From the NCBI RefSeq assembly GCF_964355755.1, contig NC_092679.1:5424201-5488200 (forward strand): a stretch of 64,000 bases of DNA, in the 5' to 3' direction. The notes below the pieces were generated by a model, which ran no database searches, was not told where the DNA came from, and was given only the letters and a program-made list of their open reading frames with translations. Both the position numbers and the translations under genes were made by a program. The number at the start of each line of letters is the position of its first letter. Position 1 is the first letter of the stretch. This document shows, one piece after another, positions 63,615 to 64,000 of the stretch. The stretch is from Antedon mediterranea. Lineage: Eukaryota; Animalia; Echinodermata.

Positions 63615-64000
63615 TGTTCAAGGAAACGTAATTCTTACACTAAAAACTAATGAAATAAACTCAATAACGTATGTGATGTTACATAAAAGGTGTGATTCGT
63701 TTAGTTTCGGATTGCTTCCTTGTTTGAAGTAGAGATTTACGATGATAGAGTTAATACTTCGACAAGAGAAAAGGAAGCCAGAAGAGATTCTAGAGATTCT
63801 ATTTAAAATTTTACTTTTAGTCGCGTGCAAACGCAACTATACCGCTCACTATGTCGGTTGGTTGGTCGGTCGGTCAGTTGGTCGGTCGGTTGGTCAGTCG
63901 ATCGGTAAACACTAACTCAAATTTGAGCACGCGACTGCAATCTTGTTGATAATCCTTTTGCATCGCCTCACTATTGAAGGACATCGTATACAACAGCAGA

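Overview
AT-rich (about two-thirds A+T), intron-rich animal genomic DNA, most likely an invertebrate deuterostome such as an echinoderm. This is inferred from a tail-anchored CMAH, a TPC3 gene and Deu/Meta-type SINEs. By hand splicing I recovered four complete, in-frame multi-exon genes: CMP-Neu5Ac hydroxylase CMAH (+, 15 coding exons, ~639 aa); an SLC5A8/SMCT-like sodium:solute symporter (+, 14 exons, ~554 aa); a divergent FoxQ2-like forkhead factor (+, 2 coding exons, ~537 aa); and two-pore channel TPC3 (-, 19 exons, ~840 aa) with a U12 AT-AC intron and a canonical EF-hand loop. Introns and spacers hold many mobile elements: three Academ-type DNA transposons (two nested, one carrying a decayed intron-containing XPG-type ORF), Kolobok-, Merlin-, Harbinger- and Tc1/pogo-like MITEs, Helentron-type elements, LINE fragments and several tRNA-derived SINE families. 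The most striking observations are three. (i) All three Academ elements have bipartite ends whose spacers differ by one helical turn (10-11 bp), reminiscent of a 12/23-type rule. (ii) Internal comparisons show transposon excision footprints, and TAG/CTA/TAGGCCTA tracts pile up next to putative promoters. (iii) The Fox recognition helix is altered. All coordinates were counted by eye and may be off by a few bases. Family names come from remembered motifs, not database searches.
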